DNA from: an uncultured delta proteobacterium
Lineage (GTDB): Bacteria > Myxococcota_A > Polyangia > Polyangiales > Houyiibacteriaceae
Direction: 5' to 3'
DNA length: 64,000 bases
Assembly: GCA_963699755.1 (NCBI GenBank)
Contig: CAVOVB010000001.1
Coordinates: 288,001-352,000 of the forward strand
Made by a program: the position numbers and the translations under genes. The stretch's first letter is position 1. Every line of letters begins with the position of its first letter. Below, one piece after another: positions 38,432 to 47,985 of this stretch. The notes under the pieces are model-generated. The model made no database searches. It saw only the letters and a list, made by a program, of their open reading frames with translations, and was not told the DNA's origin.

Positions 38432-40957
38432 CTAAAACTTCACGGTGGCCAAGACCTGGAAGTAGATCGGCCAGCCCGGAGTGAAATGGAGGTCCTCGCA
38501 ACCAGCAAAGGTGCCGTCCGGCTCGATGACGGCGCGGGTTCCAGTCGGGCAATCTGCGGGAATGTCTTCGCCCAGAAGACGTCCCGTGGTCGCAAACTGC
38601 GCTTGGCGCCACTTGGTGTTCAGAAGATTGAGCAGCTGCGCCTGCACGCCGAAGCGCCGGTTCTCCCAGCCAAAGGAGGCGTCGACCCGCAGAAACCCTT
38701 CGGCAGTCAGAAAGCGGTCTTCGGTGGCAGGCCGGTCGGCGATGTAAAAGAAGCCAAGGCGTCCCGAAAGCCCCGTGCGCGGATCGCGAGCCGTCAAGCC
38801 CCCGCTGAGCAGGACCTCTGGGGCGAGTGCAATGGCATTGGCGTTGCCTGGATTGTTTACGAACTCCGCCCGGACCCAGGTCGCATCGAGGTCCGCGAGC
38901 AACCAAGGCACGATCTCGAGACGGAACTGGGCTTCGAGCCCGAGTCGACGAGTTTGCCCGCTTGCTTCGGTGGTGCCCTCGTCGCCCACCCAGACTACCT
39001 CGCTGTCGAGGTCCAGCCAGAAGAAGGCCGTCGAAAGCTGCAGCCGATTCCATGCGATCACCCGTGCACCCAGCTCCCAACCGAGCGCTGCGGCGACTGG
39101 GGTCGCCGGATCGGCGCCCAGAACGACCCCGCGCGCATCGTTCGAGTGAAACCCGCGCCCGAAGTTGACGAAGAGCTCTAGCGGTTCGACTGGCTGCACG
39201 ATCAGGCTGGCTTTGGGTAAAAGGATCGCTTGGACCCGTTCGCCGCTGCTTTTGGTGCCTAGCGTGCTCCGGTCCTCGAGTTGGTCCGTCACGTTGAAGA
39301 CGAAGTAGTCGAAACGAAGCCCACCGACGAGCCGCAGCCATCTCCAATCGAGCTCTTCCTCTCCGAAGACCCCTATGTTTCCCTCGCCGATGTTGGCGTC
39401 CACGCGTGTTGAAGCGATCTCGCGTGCAGGCGCATCCTGCAGTGTGTTGTCGATGGCATCGAAGCGAAAGTTGGCGCCCATCCGCGACTTCAGCGTCACC
39501 CTGTCGAATCGATGGGTGAATCCGTACTTGGCCCGTAGGCCCAGGGCAGTGCGCTTGTCGCCTTGGCGGATCATGTCGCCGCTGACCGGATCGTTCGCAA
39601 AGTAGGTGAAGTTGGAATACAGTGCGAAGCGCGAGTGGATGAGCCACCCCACGAGGCTCAGCCCTTCGCCTCCGGTCGAGCGCTGCCCATGTGTTCCCGG
39701 CTTCGCAGGTGAGTCGAGGTTGAGGTATAGGCTGTATCGCTGGCTCTGCCCGCCCTCGTTCGGGTCGATGCTGCCAAAGCGGTCGAGACTACCGGCGCGT
39801 ACTGCTCGCAGCGGAATCTGTCCCGATGCGTTCCAGTCGTTGAGGTAGGCGGTGCCGGTGAGCGCTAGCTTTGTCTTGCCACGAAGGTCGAAGGTGGTTC
39901 GGGCGAAGATATTCGTGCGCAGCAAGCCCTCGGGATTCTCGAACGGTCCATCGGTGCCGAATACCTCGATGGCAAGGAGGGGCTTCACCGCATCGAGCTT
40001 GGGACTGATGATTCCGACGCCTCGAAAGCTCCGATACATGCCACCCCCGACGCTGAGGGAGCTGGTGGGCTCTTGGTTCTCGAGGACGAGATTGATCGCG
40101 CCAGCCGTCGCGAAGTCGCCGTATTCGCCATAGTATGGGCCTTTACGGACCTCCATCCGTTGGATCAACTCGGGGATGACGAAATGAAGGTCGGTGTATC
40201 CCTGGCCGTGTCCGTGACTGACCCAGTTGATCGGAACGCCGTCGACGTAGAATGCGACGTCCGTGCCGTGATCGCCGTCGAAGCCGCGAAGGAAGTACTG
40301 GTTGGCTTTGCCACCTCCGGCGTGCTGAATGGAGAAGAAGCCGGGGGCCGCGTTGAGAAGATCACCGCTCGAAATATATGGGCGGAGACGCAACTCCTGC
40401 CCCGTGAGATCGATCGAGGACGCGGAAATGTCGGACGGAGCCACGACTGCAGTCGCGCTGAAGCCCGTCTCGGGAGCGACATCTCCGGTGGCGGTCGTCT
40501 CGGGCTCCTCCTCGCTCTGGGTTGGCGCTGCATGAGGCTCTGCGGGCTCCCCCTCACCTAGTTGGTGTGGAGGATCGAACAAGACCTCGAACCGAACGAT
40601 GGCGGGTACGGGGATCCCATCACGTTTCGCTGGCTCGAAAGCCAAGTCGAGCACATACCGTTGTGCCAACTCGGAGAACTGCGCGGCTTGCTCCCCTTCT
40701 CGATCGACCGAAAGCACGTGCACCTCTTCGACCCGCCCCTCCGGGTCGATGCTGATCTGCAACAGCACATGGGCCGGCTTGCCGTCAGCGTCGGGCGGGT
40801 AGGACGGATGCAGCTGTGCGTCCGAACGGAGCGAGGGCGCTTCGAGCAGGGGTGAATCGGAGGGTGCCTGCGCGGCTTCTTCTTCCTGGGCGAATGCTGA
40901 ACCATGCACTGCCAGGCAAGCCGCAAGGGCGACCATGAGCTTTGAGAGTTCACGCAT
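38432..40957 (-). CDS. TonB-dependent receptor with N-terminal TonB C-terminal domain
   Basis: signal peptide; YPPDA..IDPEGRV..FEPAKRDG; plug QHAGGGKANQYFLRGFDGDHG, HGHGQGY; terminal Phe (TVKF). Confidence 0.92.
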   Translation of the reverse strand: MRELSKLMVALAACLAVHGSAFAQEEEAAQAPSDSPLLEAPSLRSDAQLHPSYPPDADGKPAHVLLQISIDPEGRVEEVHVLSVDREGEQAAQFSELAQRYVLDLAFEPAKRDGIPVPAIVRFEVLFDPPHQLGEGEPAEPHAAPTQSEEEPETTATGDVAPETGFSATAVVAPSDISASSIDLTGQELRLRPYISSGDLLNAAPGFFSIQHAGGGKANQYFLRGFDGDHGTDVAFYVDGVPINWVSHGHGQGYTDLHFVIPELIQRMEVRKGPYYGEYGDFATAGAINLVLENQEPTSSLSVGGGMYRSFRGVGIISPKLDAVKPLLAIEVFGTDGPFENPEGLLRTNIFARTTFDLRGKTKLALTGTAYLNDWNASGQIPLRAVRAGSLDRFGSIDPNEGGQSQRYSLYLNLDSPAKPGTHGQRSTGGEGLSLVGWLIHSRFALYSNFTYFANDPVSGDMIRQGDKRTALGLRAKYGFTHRFDRVTLKSRMGANFRFDAIDNTLQDAPAREIASTRVDANIGEGNIGVFGEEELDWRWLRLVGGLRFDYFVFNVTDQLEDRSTLGTKSSGERVQAILLPKASLIVQPVEPLELFVNFGRGFHSNDARGVVLGADPATPVAAALGWELGARVIAWNRLQLSTAFFWLDLDSEVVWVGDEGTTEASGQTRRLGLEAQFRLEIVPWLLADLDATWVRAEFVNNPGNANAIALAPEVLLSGGLTARDPRTGLSGRLGFFYIADRPATEDRFLTAEGFLRVDASFGWENRRFGVQAQLLNLLNTKWRQAQFATTGRLLGEDIPADCPTGTRAVIEPDGTFAGCEDLHFTPGWPIYFQVLATVKF

Positions 40958-41031
40958 GACGAATCGCCGAATCCACGGGACCCCAGAGGCCCCGCGACCC
41001 AAGTGAAAGGTTCGACTTCGAGGAGAACCCT

Positions 41032-41451
41032 TTAGGTGGGCGGTGCGCGCGCTCGCGTGTTCTCGGGTTGACAGTCGGCGGGCTGCTCGTCGTGTGTCAG
41101 AGGCGGCGGATCGGTCCAGCTTAGAAGCGCCTCTTGTACATCCGGAAGAGACGGAACCGGAACGTTCGCAGCAAGCTGCCCGTGCGCGATGCTCCCTTTG
41201 CCGTGATCGGACGGCGACTCGTGCTCGTCCTCGTCACCTTCGTGATGGTGAGCGTCCGCTCGCTCGTGGTCGTGGTCCCGAGGATGCTCGTGAGCGCTAC
41301 GATTTTCGTGTGCCCCATGATGGTGCGCACCGAACGCGCCATGAAATGCGACGTGTACCGTCGGCAGCAGCACGAAGCCAGCCAGCCACAGAAGGGACGC
41401 GAGCGCGGCGCCAAAGCTCTGATGACGGTTTCCGGAATGCCGAAAGGTCAC
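41032..41451 (-). CDS. His-rich DUF2946-like leader protein ending in a RAPP motif
   Basis: N-terminal TM segment, His/Asp/Glu-rich tract, C-terminal RARAPPT*. Confidence 0.75.
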   Translation of the reverse strand: MTFRHSGNRHQSFGAALASLLWLAGFVLLPTVHVAFHGAFGAHHHGAHENRSAHEHPRDHDHERADAHHHEGDEDEHESPSDHGKGSIAHGQLAANVPVPSLPDVQEALLSWTDPPPLTHDEQPADCQPENTRARAPPT

Positions 41452-41503
41452 GACCCCGAACGCTATCGATTTCCGACGGAGTAATCAATGGGCCATTCGG
41501 CAA

Positions 41504-41818
41504 CTACCTCTTCGGGAAGCTCACCGAGTGATTGAAGAGCAGGCGGTGACTGCTCTTTCGCTGTGGCTCCGTAGTGATCACGAGTGCATCGTGGAGTACC
41601 GCCGGACGGCGAAATTTCAGGTGCATGTCGTACACGACGAAGCGGATGCCCTTCTCTTGCATCTGGCCCAGCGTGAAGCCCTGCGTGGCCAGGCTCTCCG
41701 TGCGGCCTCGTTCGCAATACTTCAGGTAGTTGGCGTGGTACACCACTCCCTGGGCATCGGTATCTTCAAGATATACCTTGGTGAACAGCACCAAGGGCGT
41801 GGGGCCTCCCGTCGTCAT
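41504..41818 (-). pseudogene. YbgC/FadM-family acyl-CoA thioesterase, C-terminally truncated
   Basis: VYLEDTDAQGVVYHANYLKYCERGR; ends after about 104 aa. Confidence 0.7.
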
Positions 41819-41906
41819 GGAGGTGCTCCTAGCGACGAGCTGACGATGCGGAACCTCCATTTGTCCCAATGGGCCGAGAGGGTCCCGGCCGTCTCTCTCA
41901 TCGGTC

Positions 41907-42431
41907 TCAAGTCATCCATTGAAGCGATGATGCAATGATGTCGCGGGCGCTCTGTCGGAAAACAGGTCCGTGCGCGAGGATCAGTTGCTCGGGGTTCCAA
42001 TCGAGGATGGTTTGGAGCGCTGCGCGAGCGGTCTTCCGATCGATGAAAGTGGCTCGCCACTCGCGCGGAGTGCTTCCATCGGAACCGAGCAACCCGTCGA
42101 GCTTCATGAGCCGTCGCTTCCAGCGGGAGAACGCGTTGGGATCGTGATTCTGGATCAGGTCACATACGAGTGCAGTTTTCGATGGGCGATGAAAGAACAC
42201 GGCTTCGTCCATTGCGAAGCTTCCGCCCACCATCACGAATTCGATCGCGCCTTGCCAACGTGGCCGGGGCTCTCCACGGAGCTCGGCAAAGAACGGCAGG
42301 TCAGGGCGCTTCTCCTTCAACCCAGGCGCTCCGCGGAGTTGGGCCGATGGATAATGCGCGACCCAGTCGCCGAAAAACGAGACCGTCGGCCCGTCCAGGA
42401 TCCAAAGCCCTTCTCCAAGGGTTTGCAGCAT
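41907..42431 (-). pseudogene. DUF4336 family protein with apparent internal deletion
   Basis: EAVFFHRPSKT..DLIQN..ILAHG present; GPTVSFFG is joined directly to DWVAHYP. Confidence 0.65.
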
Positions 42432-42706
42432 CAGCGTCCCCTTCGGAGCGCAAAAAGATGCGCGCGGTTCTCTTCCTCATCGCATCTTGGTCGGCTCATA
42501 GGCAGCCAAATACGCCAAACACAACAAAGATCCAAGGGTAGGCCGCGAACGAGGCATCGAAGCATTCGAAGCGACGAATCCTGCCATCGACGAGGCCCGT
42601 TCGGTTTTCTTGTGCCTCGGAACCATGGGAACGACGGTCGGCTCTTCTCGTGGAACGCTGCCCGCGTTGACGGACCTAGCGAAAGGCGCAATCACTACGA
42701 TCTATC

Positions 42707-45700
42707 ATGAAGGCCGCGGGTGCGATGCCGGTGTCTCGGGTCGAGCCGCTGCATGCGGTTGTTTCGGGCCGTCTGCGCGTTCGCGTTCGCGGACTCTATC
42801 GCTCCAGGCATCTCGCGTCCCGGATCGAGCAATCGTTGCGTTCGCACCCATCGATTCGGCGCGTGCGAGCGAGCGCACGCACCGGCAACGTTCTGGTGCT
42901 CTTCGACGATAGTCTGAGCTCCATCGACGTTCATCGGATGCTCGACTCCGCGCTCGACACAGCGGCGACCGAGGTGGTCTCACTGCGCAGGCGGCCTAGC
43001 CGTCTAGCCTCCGATTCCGGTTTCGCCCTCCTGTTCGCCGAGGCATGGCGGCGAGCCAGAGGTTTCCGGGACCGCGCAAACAACGACGACAACCGAGTGA
43101 TTCATGTCGCGTTCCCCCAAAACGATCTCCGTTGGTACTTGCGCACGGTCGATGAAGTCATCGAGTCATTCGAGAGCTCGAGCACGAACGGGCTTGCGGC
43201 AGAGAAATTGCCTGAGTTGCTCTCCCGCTACGGTCCCAATGCGTTGCCTCGGGCCGAGCCGCGAAGCGCGCTTTCGCTCATCGGTGCTCAGCTCAAGAGC
43301 CTCCCGGTCGCGCTGCTCGGAGTGTCCGCGGTCGTCTCGGTCCTCACGGGGGGCGTGCTCGAGGCAGGGGTCATTGGTGCCGTGGTCGTGACCAACGCCC
43401 TCATCGGATTCGCGACCGAATCTCAGATCGAGAGAAGCATTCGATCGCTATCGACGGTCACGGCGACGAAGGCTCGCGTGATTCGGGATGGGCAGGCGCT
43501 CGAAGTTGCCGCTGAAGAGATCGTTCCCGGCGACATGCTCGTGCTCGGCCGAGGTACTCGGATCGTGGCGGATGCTCGAATCGTGGAGACCTCGAGACTG
43601 GACGTGGACGAATCTGCGTTGACGGGAGAGAGCATCCCCGTGACGAAACAGTCGGCACCGCTGGAAAAAGAAACGGTGCCACTCGCCGACAGAACGAACA
43701 TCGTCTACAGAGGAACCTCAGTCACGGGCGGCAGCGGTCTCGCGGTCGTCGTTGCAACTGGTTCCGGTACGGAGCTCGGCCGCATTCAAGAGTTGGTCAG
43801 CCACGCAGGGCCACCGGAAACTCCGTCGCAACGCGAGCTCAGAGTGCTCGGCAATCAACTCGTTTGGGCGGGCGCCTCGGTCTGCGGCGCGATGTTCGGA
43901 ATCGGCATGCTTCGCGGCTACGGGTGGATGCAAATGGCACGCTCGTCGATCTCTTTGGCGGTCGCGGCTCTGCCCGAAGGTCTTCCAACGGTGGCGATGA
44001 CGGTTCTGTCTCTCGGAGTGCGCGATCTCCGCAAGCGCGACGCTCTGGTCCGTCATCTAGACGCCGTCGAGACGCTAGGGGCGCCCCAGATCATCTGCTT
44101 GGACAAGACCGGAACGATTACGCAGAACCGGATGTCCGTCGTATCGGCGCTCGCCGATGGCTGCCGGCAAGACTTCAGTGCCGATGACCTCGGCCGCGCC
44201 GAGGCTGCGCCGGCGTCGCTCGACAGCCCCGCTTTTCGCCGCATGCTCGAAGTCGCCGCGCTTTGCAACGAGGTCGCGCTCGAGAAGTCGGACAGAGGCT
44301 GGCGCCTCCATGGCTCGCCGACCGAGCGCGCGCTTATGGAGCTGACGCTCGCTCACGGCATCGACGTCGAGGTGCTGCGGGCGACGTATCCGATGGTGGA
44401 TCTGCAACTGCGTGCGGACGACCGAAACTACATGGTCTCGACCCACTCGCTCGGCGAAGGCAAGTCATTCTTCGCTGTGAAGGGCAGCCCGGATCAGGTC
44501 CTGTCACTCTGCGACCGGATCTATGATCAGGCTGTGGTGCGACCCCTCGACGAATCGGATCATGCCAAGGTCGAAGCCGAGAACGGCCAGATGGCGGGGC
44601 GGGCCTTGCGCGTTCTAGGGGTAGCGTACGGGGAGCACCCTGATTCCCTCGGAAACCCAGATCGCTACGTCTGGCTCGGCCTCCTAGGCATGACCGATCC
44701 GCCGCGCATAGGGGTGAAAGCGCTCATCGAAGAGTTTCACCACGCAGGGATCGACACTGTCATGATCACTGGAGATCAGAGCGCCACCGCCTATGCGATC
44801 GCAAAGGAGCTCAATCTCGGTCGCGACGGATTGCTCGAGATCCTCGACTCCACCCACATGGAGGAGGTCCCCCCAGAGGTGCTCAGCTCCTTGGCTCAAC
44901 GCGTCCAGGTGTTCTCGCGGGTGAGCCCAGCACACAAGTTGGAGATCGTCCAAGCGCTTCAACGGGCGGGGAAAGTCGTCGCAATGACTGGGGACGGCAT
45001 CAACGACGGCCCGGCGCTGCGAGCGGCGGATGTAGGCATTGCAATGGGCGCCACCGGGTCGGAAGTTGCGCGTGAGGTTGCCGACGTCGTGCTCGAGAGG
45101 GACGACCTAGAATCCCTGATCGAGGCGATCAGGCAGGGTCGAACGATCCACGACAACATCCGCAAGTCTGTGCACTTCTTGCTCTCGAGCAACACGAGCG
45201 AAATCCTCACGATGATGGGCTCGATCAGCGCCGGCCTTGGCGAGCCACTGACGCCGATCCAACTCCTCTGGCTCAACCTGATCACCGACATCTTCCCCGG
45301 CCTTGGGCTCGCCGTCGAACCGTCCGAACCCGATGTCATGGAGCGCCCTCCCCGGGGCTCTGACGACCCGCTCTTGCGTAGTGCCGACTTCGTCCGCATC
45401 CTCACCGAGGGCGCGCTGCTCGCGGGCGGCACTCTCGGCGGCTACGCTTGGGCGCTTCGCCGGTACGGCGCCGGACCGAAGCCAGCTTCCATCGCCTTCA
45501 TGACCCTCACGATCGCCCAGCTCCTACACGCCCTATCGTGTCGGTCCGAACACCGAAGCATTTTCGACCGGGAGCTGGGCCCGATGAACCTTCCACTCAA
45601 ATTGGGGGTCGGTGGCTCGCTCGCGCTCCAGCTGCTCGCTGGGGCGGTCCCCGGCTTGGGCCCGATCCTCGGACTCGGTCGCCTGCGCGCCCCTGACTGG

Positions 45701-45841
45701 CTGGCAATCGCCCTCGGAGCGGGCTTACCTCTGCTGACCAATGAGGCGCTCAAGAAGGGCGGATTGTGGAAACGCGAGTTTCACCCGGCATCGTTCGGAA
45801 CCGGAACCGTTGGCTCATCGCAGAGGAGCGTGCATCCATGA
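42707..45841 (+). CDS. P2A-type (Ca2+-like) cation-transporting P-type ATPase with N-terminal HMA2 domain
   Basis: HAVVSGRLRVR..TGNVLVLF; TGES; ALPEGL; DKTGT; KGSP; TGD; GDGIND; SSNTSE; LWLNLITD. Confidence 0.92.
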   Translation: MKAAGAMPVSRVEPLHAVVSGRLRVRVRGLYRSRHLASRIEQSLRSHPSIRRVRASARTGNVLVLFDDSLSSIDVHRMLDSALDTAATEVVSLRRRPSRLASDSGFALLFAEAWRRARGFRDRANNDDNRVIHVAFPQNDLRWYLRTVDEVIESFESSSTNGLAAEKLPELLSRYGPNALPRAEPRSALSLIGAQLKSLPVALLGVSAVVSVLTGGVLEAGVIGAVVVTNALIGFATESQIERSIRSLSTVTATKARVIRDGQALEVAAEEIVPGDMLVLGRGTRIVADARIVETSRLDVDESALTGESIPVTKQSAPLEKETVPLADRTNIVYRGTSVTGGSGLAVVVATGSGTELGRIQELVSHAGPPETPSQRELRVLGNQLVWAGASVCGAMFGIGMLRGYGWMQMARSSISLAVAALPEGLPTVAMTVLSLGVRDLRKRDALVRHLDAVETLGAPQIICLDKTGTITQNRMSVVSALADGCRQDFSADDLGRAEAAPASLDSPAFRRMLEVAALCNEVALEKSDRGWRLHGSPTERALMELTLAHGIDVEVLRATYPMVDLQLRADDRNYMVSTHSLGEGKSFFAVKGSPDQVLSLCDRIYDQAVVRPLDESDHAKVEAENGQMAGRALRVLGVAYGEHPDSLGNPDRYVWLGLLGMTDPPRIGVKALIEEFHHAGIDTVMITGDQSATAYAIAKELNLGRDGLLEILDSTHMEEVPPEVLSSLAQRVQVFSRVSPAHKLEIVQALQRAGKVVAMTGDGINDGPALRAADVGIAMGATGSEVAREVADVVLERDDLESLIEAIRQGRTIHDNIRKSVHFLLSSNTSEILTMMGSISAGLGEPLTPIQLLWLNLITDIFPGLGLAVEPSEPDVMERPPRGSDDPLLRSADFVRILTEGALLAGGTLGGYAWALRRYGAGPKPASIAFMTLTIAQLLHALSCRSEHRSIFDRELGPMNLPLKLGVGGSLALQLLAGAVPGLGPILGLGRLRAPDWLAIALGAGLPLLTNEALKKGGLWKREFHPASFGTGTVGSSQRSVHP

Positions 45842-47022
45842 CTCGAGACTTCCTGTTTACTTCCGAATCAGTGACCGAAGGTCACCCCGACAAGCTCTGT
45901 GATCAGATCAGCGATGCGATCGTGGACCGCTACCTTCAGCAAGATCCCTTCTCCACTCTGGTCGCCGAAACCGCGCTATCGAAAGGGATCGTGTTCATCG
46001 CATCGCACTTCTGCTCGAAAGGCACGGTCGACATCCCGGGGCTGGCGCGCGAGGTGATTCGGGACATCGGCTACGACGACGAAAGCTTCAACGCACGAAG
46101 CTGTAGCGTCATGACCAGCCTCAACGAGATGCCATCGCGCGCGGAGCCAACACCAGATGAGCGTGAGCTCGACGACGAAGCCATCGAGCGCATTGCCGTG
46201 ACCGAGCACGCAACGGTATTCGGATTCGCGTGCAAGCAGACCCCGGAGCTCATGCCGCTGCCGATCGTGGTCGCGCACGACTTGGCGAAGCGGCTTGCCG
46301 AAGCGAGACGCAAGGGTTCGACTTCGTACCTCAACCCGGATGGAAAGACCCAGGTCGGAATCGAGTACCTCGACAACCGACCACATCGAATTCACTCGAT
46401 CACGCTGGTGGCGAGTCAGAAGAAGGATGCCCCGAGCCTTTCCCGGTTGCGTGACGACCTGATGGAGCAAGTGATTAGGCCCGCATTCACGGGAAAAGAG
46501 CTTCGTCCGGATGCGGATACCACCATTTCCATCAACCCAGAGGGCGCGGTCATCTTGGGCGGTCCGACGCTTCACTCGGGCTCGACTGGTAGAAAAGTGG
46601 GGGTCGACACCTGGGGCGAGTATGCACGAAATAGCGGCTCGGCGATGTCTGGCAAAGATCCAACTCGAATCGACCGCATTGGAGTGTATGCGGCGCGACA
46701 CGCTGCGAAGAATGTCGTCGCGGCCGGTCTCGCAGATGAATGCGAGGTCCAGCTGAGCTACTCCATCGGATTGTCGCGCCCGGTCACTGTCCGGGCACGA
46801 ACGTTTGGCACTGGACGGATTTCGAATGCCGAGATCAGCAAGCGGATCGATGCCAATTTCGATCTTCGCCCAGGAGGGATTATTCGTGATTTCGAGCTGC
46901 GCTGGCTTCCGATTCAGCGCAAGCAGGACTTCTATCGGCGCTTGGCTAGTTACGGACAGGTGGGACGGCCGGAGCTCGACCTGCCCTGGGAGCGGACCAA
47001 CGCGGTGGCGCGGCTTTCCTAG
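45838..47022 (+). CDS. divergent methionine adenosyltransferase (MetK) paralogue
   Basis: FTSESVTEGHPDK, PDGK, TGRK, SGKD retained; GAGDQG and several substrate residues replaced; ATGA overlap with the ATPase. Confidence 0.88.
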   Translation: MTRDFLFTSESVTEGHPDKLCDQISDAIVDRYLQQDPFSTLVAETALSKGIVFIASHFCSKGTVDIPGLAREVIRDIGYDDESFNARSCSVMTSLNEMPSRAEPTPDERELDDEAIERIAVTEHATVFGFACKQTPELMPLPIVVAHDLAKRLAEARRKGSTSYLNPDGKTQVGIEYLDNRPHRIHSITLVASQKKDAPSLSRLRDDLMEQVIRPAFTGKELRPDADTTISINPEGAVILGGPTLHSGSTGRKVGVDTWGEYARNSGSAMSGKDPTRIDRIGVYAARHAAKNVVAAGLADECEVQLSYSIGLSRPVTVRARTFGTGRISNAEISKRIDANFDLRPGGIIRDFELRWLPIQRKQDFYRRLASYGQVGRPELDLPWERTNAVARLS

Positions 47023-47549
47023 GACTTGCCATCGCCGTCTTGTTCGTCGCCGTCTCGGTGCTGCCGGAGCAGACGCATCGCCTCTCCGAGCAAGGTGGGC
47101 CCCGACGGAAGGATCGAGCCTCGAAGGGCCTGGAGGACCGCCAACATGAACAAACCGGTGGCGGCCCGCTGAGGATTCTGGTCCATCCGGGCCCAGAGAA
47201 CTTCGGCGTCGAATCTGTCTAGCCGGTCGAGCCAATGGACGATGGTCTGCCTGGTGTCTTTCGGGGTTTCGCATCGAAACAGGCCAGCGGCTTCGGCGTG
47301 CTTCAAGAGCTCGGAGCAATCGCCGCGATGGAGGACCAGGATGCTGCCGGTGTTCGGATTCGTGGCAACCTCGAGCACCGAAACATGCTGCTCCAAAACC
47401 TGCTTCACCCCTTCGAAATAGGCCTCATCGCCGCGGCGCTCAGAACAGCGGACCCGAAAGCGACCAGTGCTTTGATGGCACAGGGCGGCCGTCGCCCTTG
47501 GTGGCGCCTCAGCTCGCTTGGCTTCGGTCTCTGGCGTCTTGCGTGGCAT
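47019..47549 (-). CDS. HMA2-domain membrane protein (FezC-like)
   Basis: HQSTGRFRVR..VATNPNTGSILVLH plus C-terminal hydrophobic LFMLAVLQALRGSILPSGPTLL. Confidence 0.75.
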   Translation of the reverse strand: MPRKTPETEAKRAEAPPRATAALCHQSTGRFRVRCSERRGDEAYFEGVKQVLEQHVSVLEVATNPNTGSILVLHRGDCSELLKHAEAAGLFRCETPKDTRQTIVHWLDRLDRFDAEVLWARMDQNPQRAATGLFMLAVLQALRGSILPSGPTLLGEAMRLLRQHRDGDEQDGDGKS

Positions 47550-47796
47550 CGCTCATCCCGGCTTCTTCAGCCATCTCGGCACTCACTTCCGCCATCAAGT
47601 CCTCCATGTCCTCGCGGAGCTCGGCGAGCTTTTCGACGCCGCCTTCGACGGCCCGCATCGTTCGCTTCAGGCTGGCTTTGACGAGGTCTCGCCGACGGCT
47701 GTCCGTCTGAGGGAGGAACATGGGAAGCAGTGAAGCCGCGGCAGCGCCAAGTGCAAATCCGATCGCCACGTCCCGAATCGAGATTGATTTTGCCAT
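47509..47796 (-). CDS. DUF5132/FezA-like small membrane protein
   Basis: AAGGAGG RBS; AIGFALGAAAA (GxxxG) TM segment; amphipathic LVKASLK..LAELREDMEDLMAEVSAE. Confidence 0.75.
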   Translation of the reverse strand: MAKSISIRDVAIGFALGAAAASLLPMFLPQTDSRRRDLVKASLKRTMRAVEGGVEKLAELREDMEDLMAEVSAEMAEEAGMSDATQDARDRSQAS

Positions 47797-47985
47797 CGAT
47801 TCCTCCTTGTAGCGGACAGTTTCAGCATGCGCCGAACTGCCTCTGTTGTCGACGCGAAATTCACTTTCCGTATCTGCAATACCGGCGGTCGGGATCGCTC
47901 GATGCGCGAAGCGCTCGAGCTCTGCCCGGAGGCGTTCCTGCGTGGTGGGCGGGTAACCAACGGGCCTTGCGGCGAAACGAACGAT

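Noticed and set aside
38088..39647. 519-aa alternative-frame ORF
   Set aside because: Overlaps the TonB receptor on the same strand; typical high-GC off-frame ORF.
45838..47022. Calling this gene canonical metK
   Set aside because: Signature and methionine-binding residues are replaced, so the symbol was withheld.
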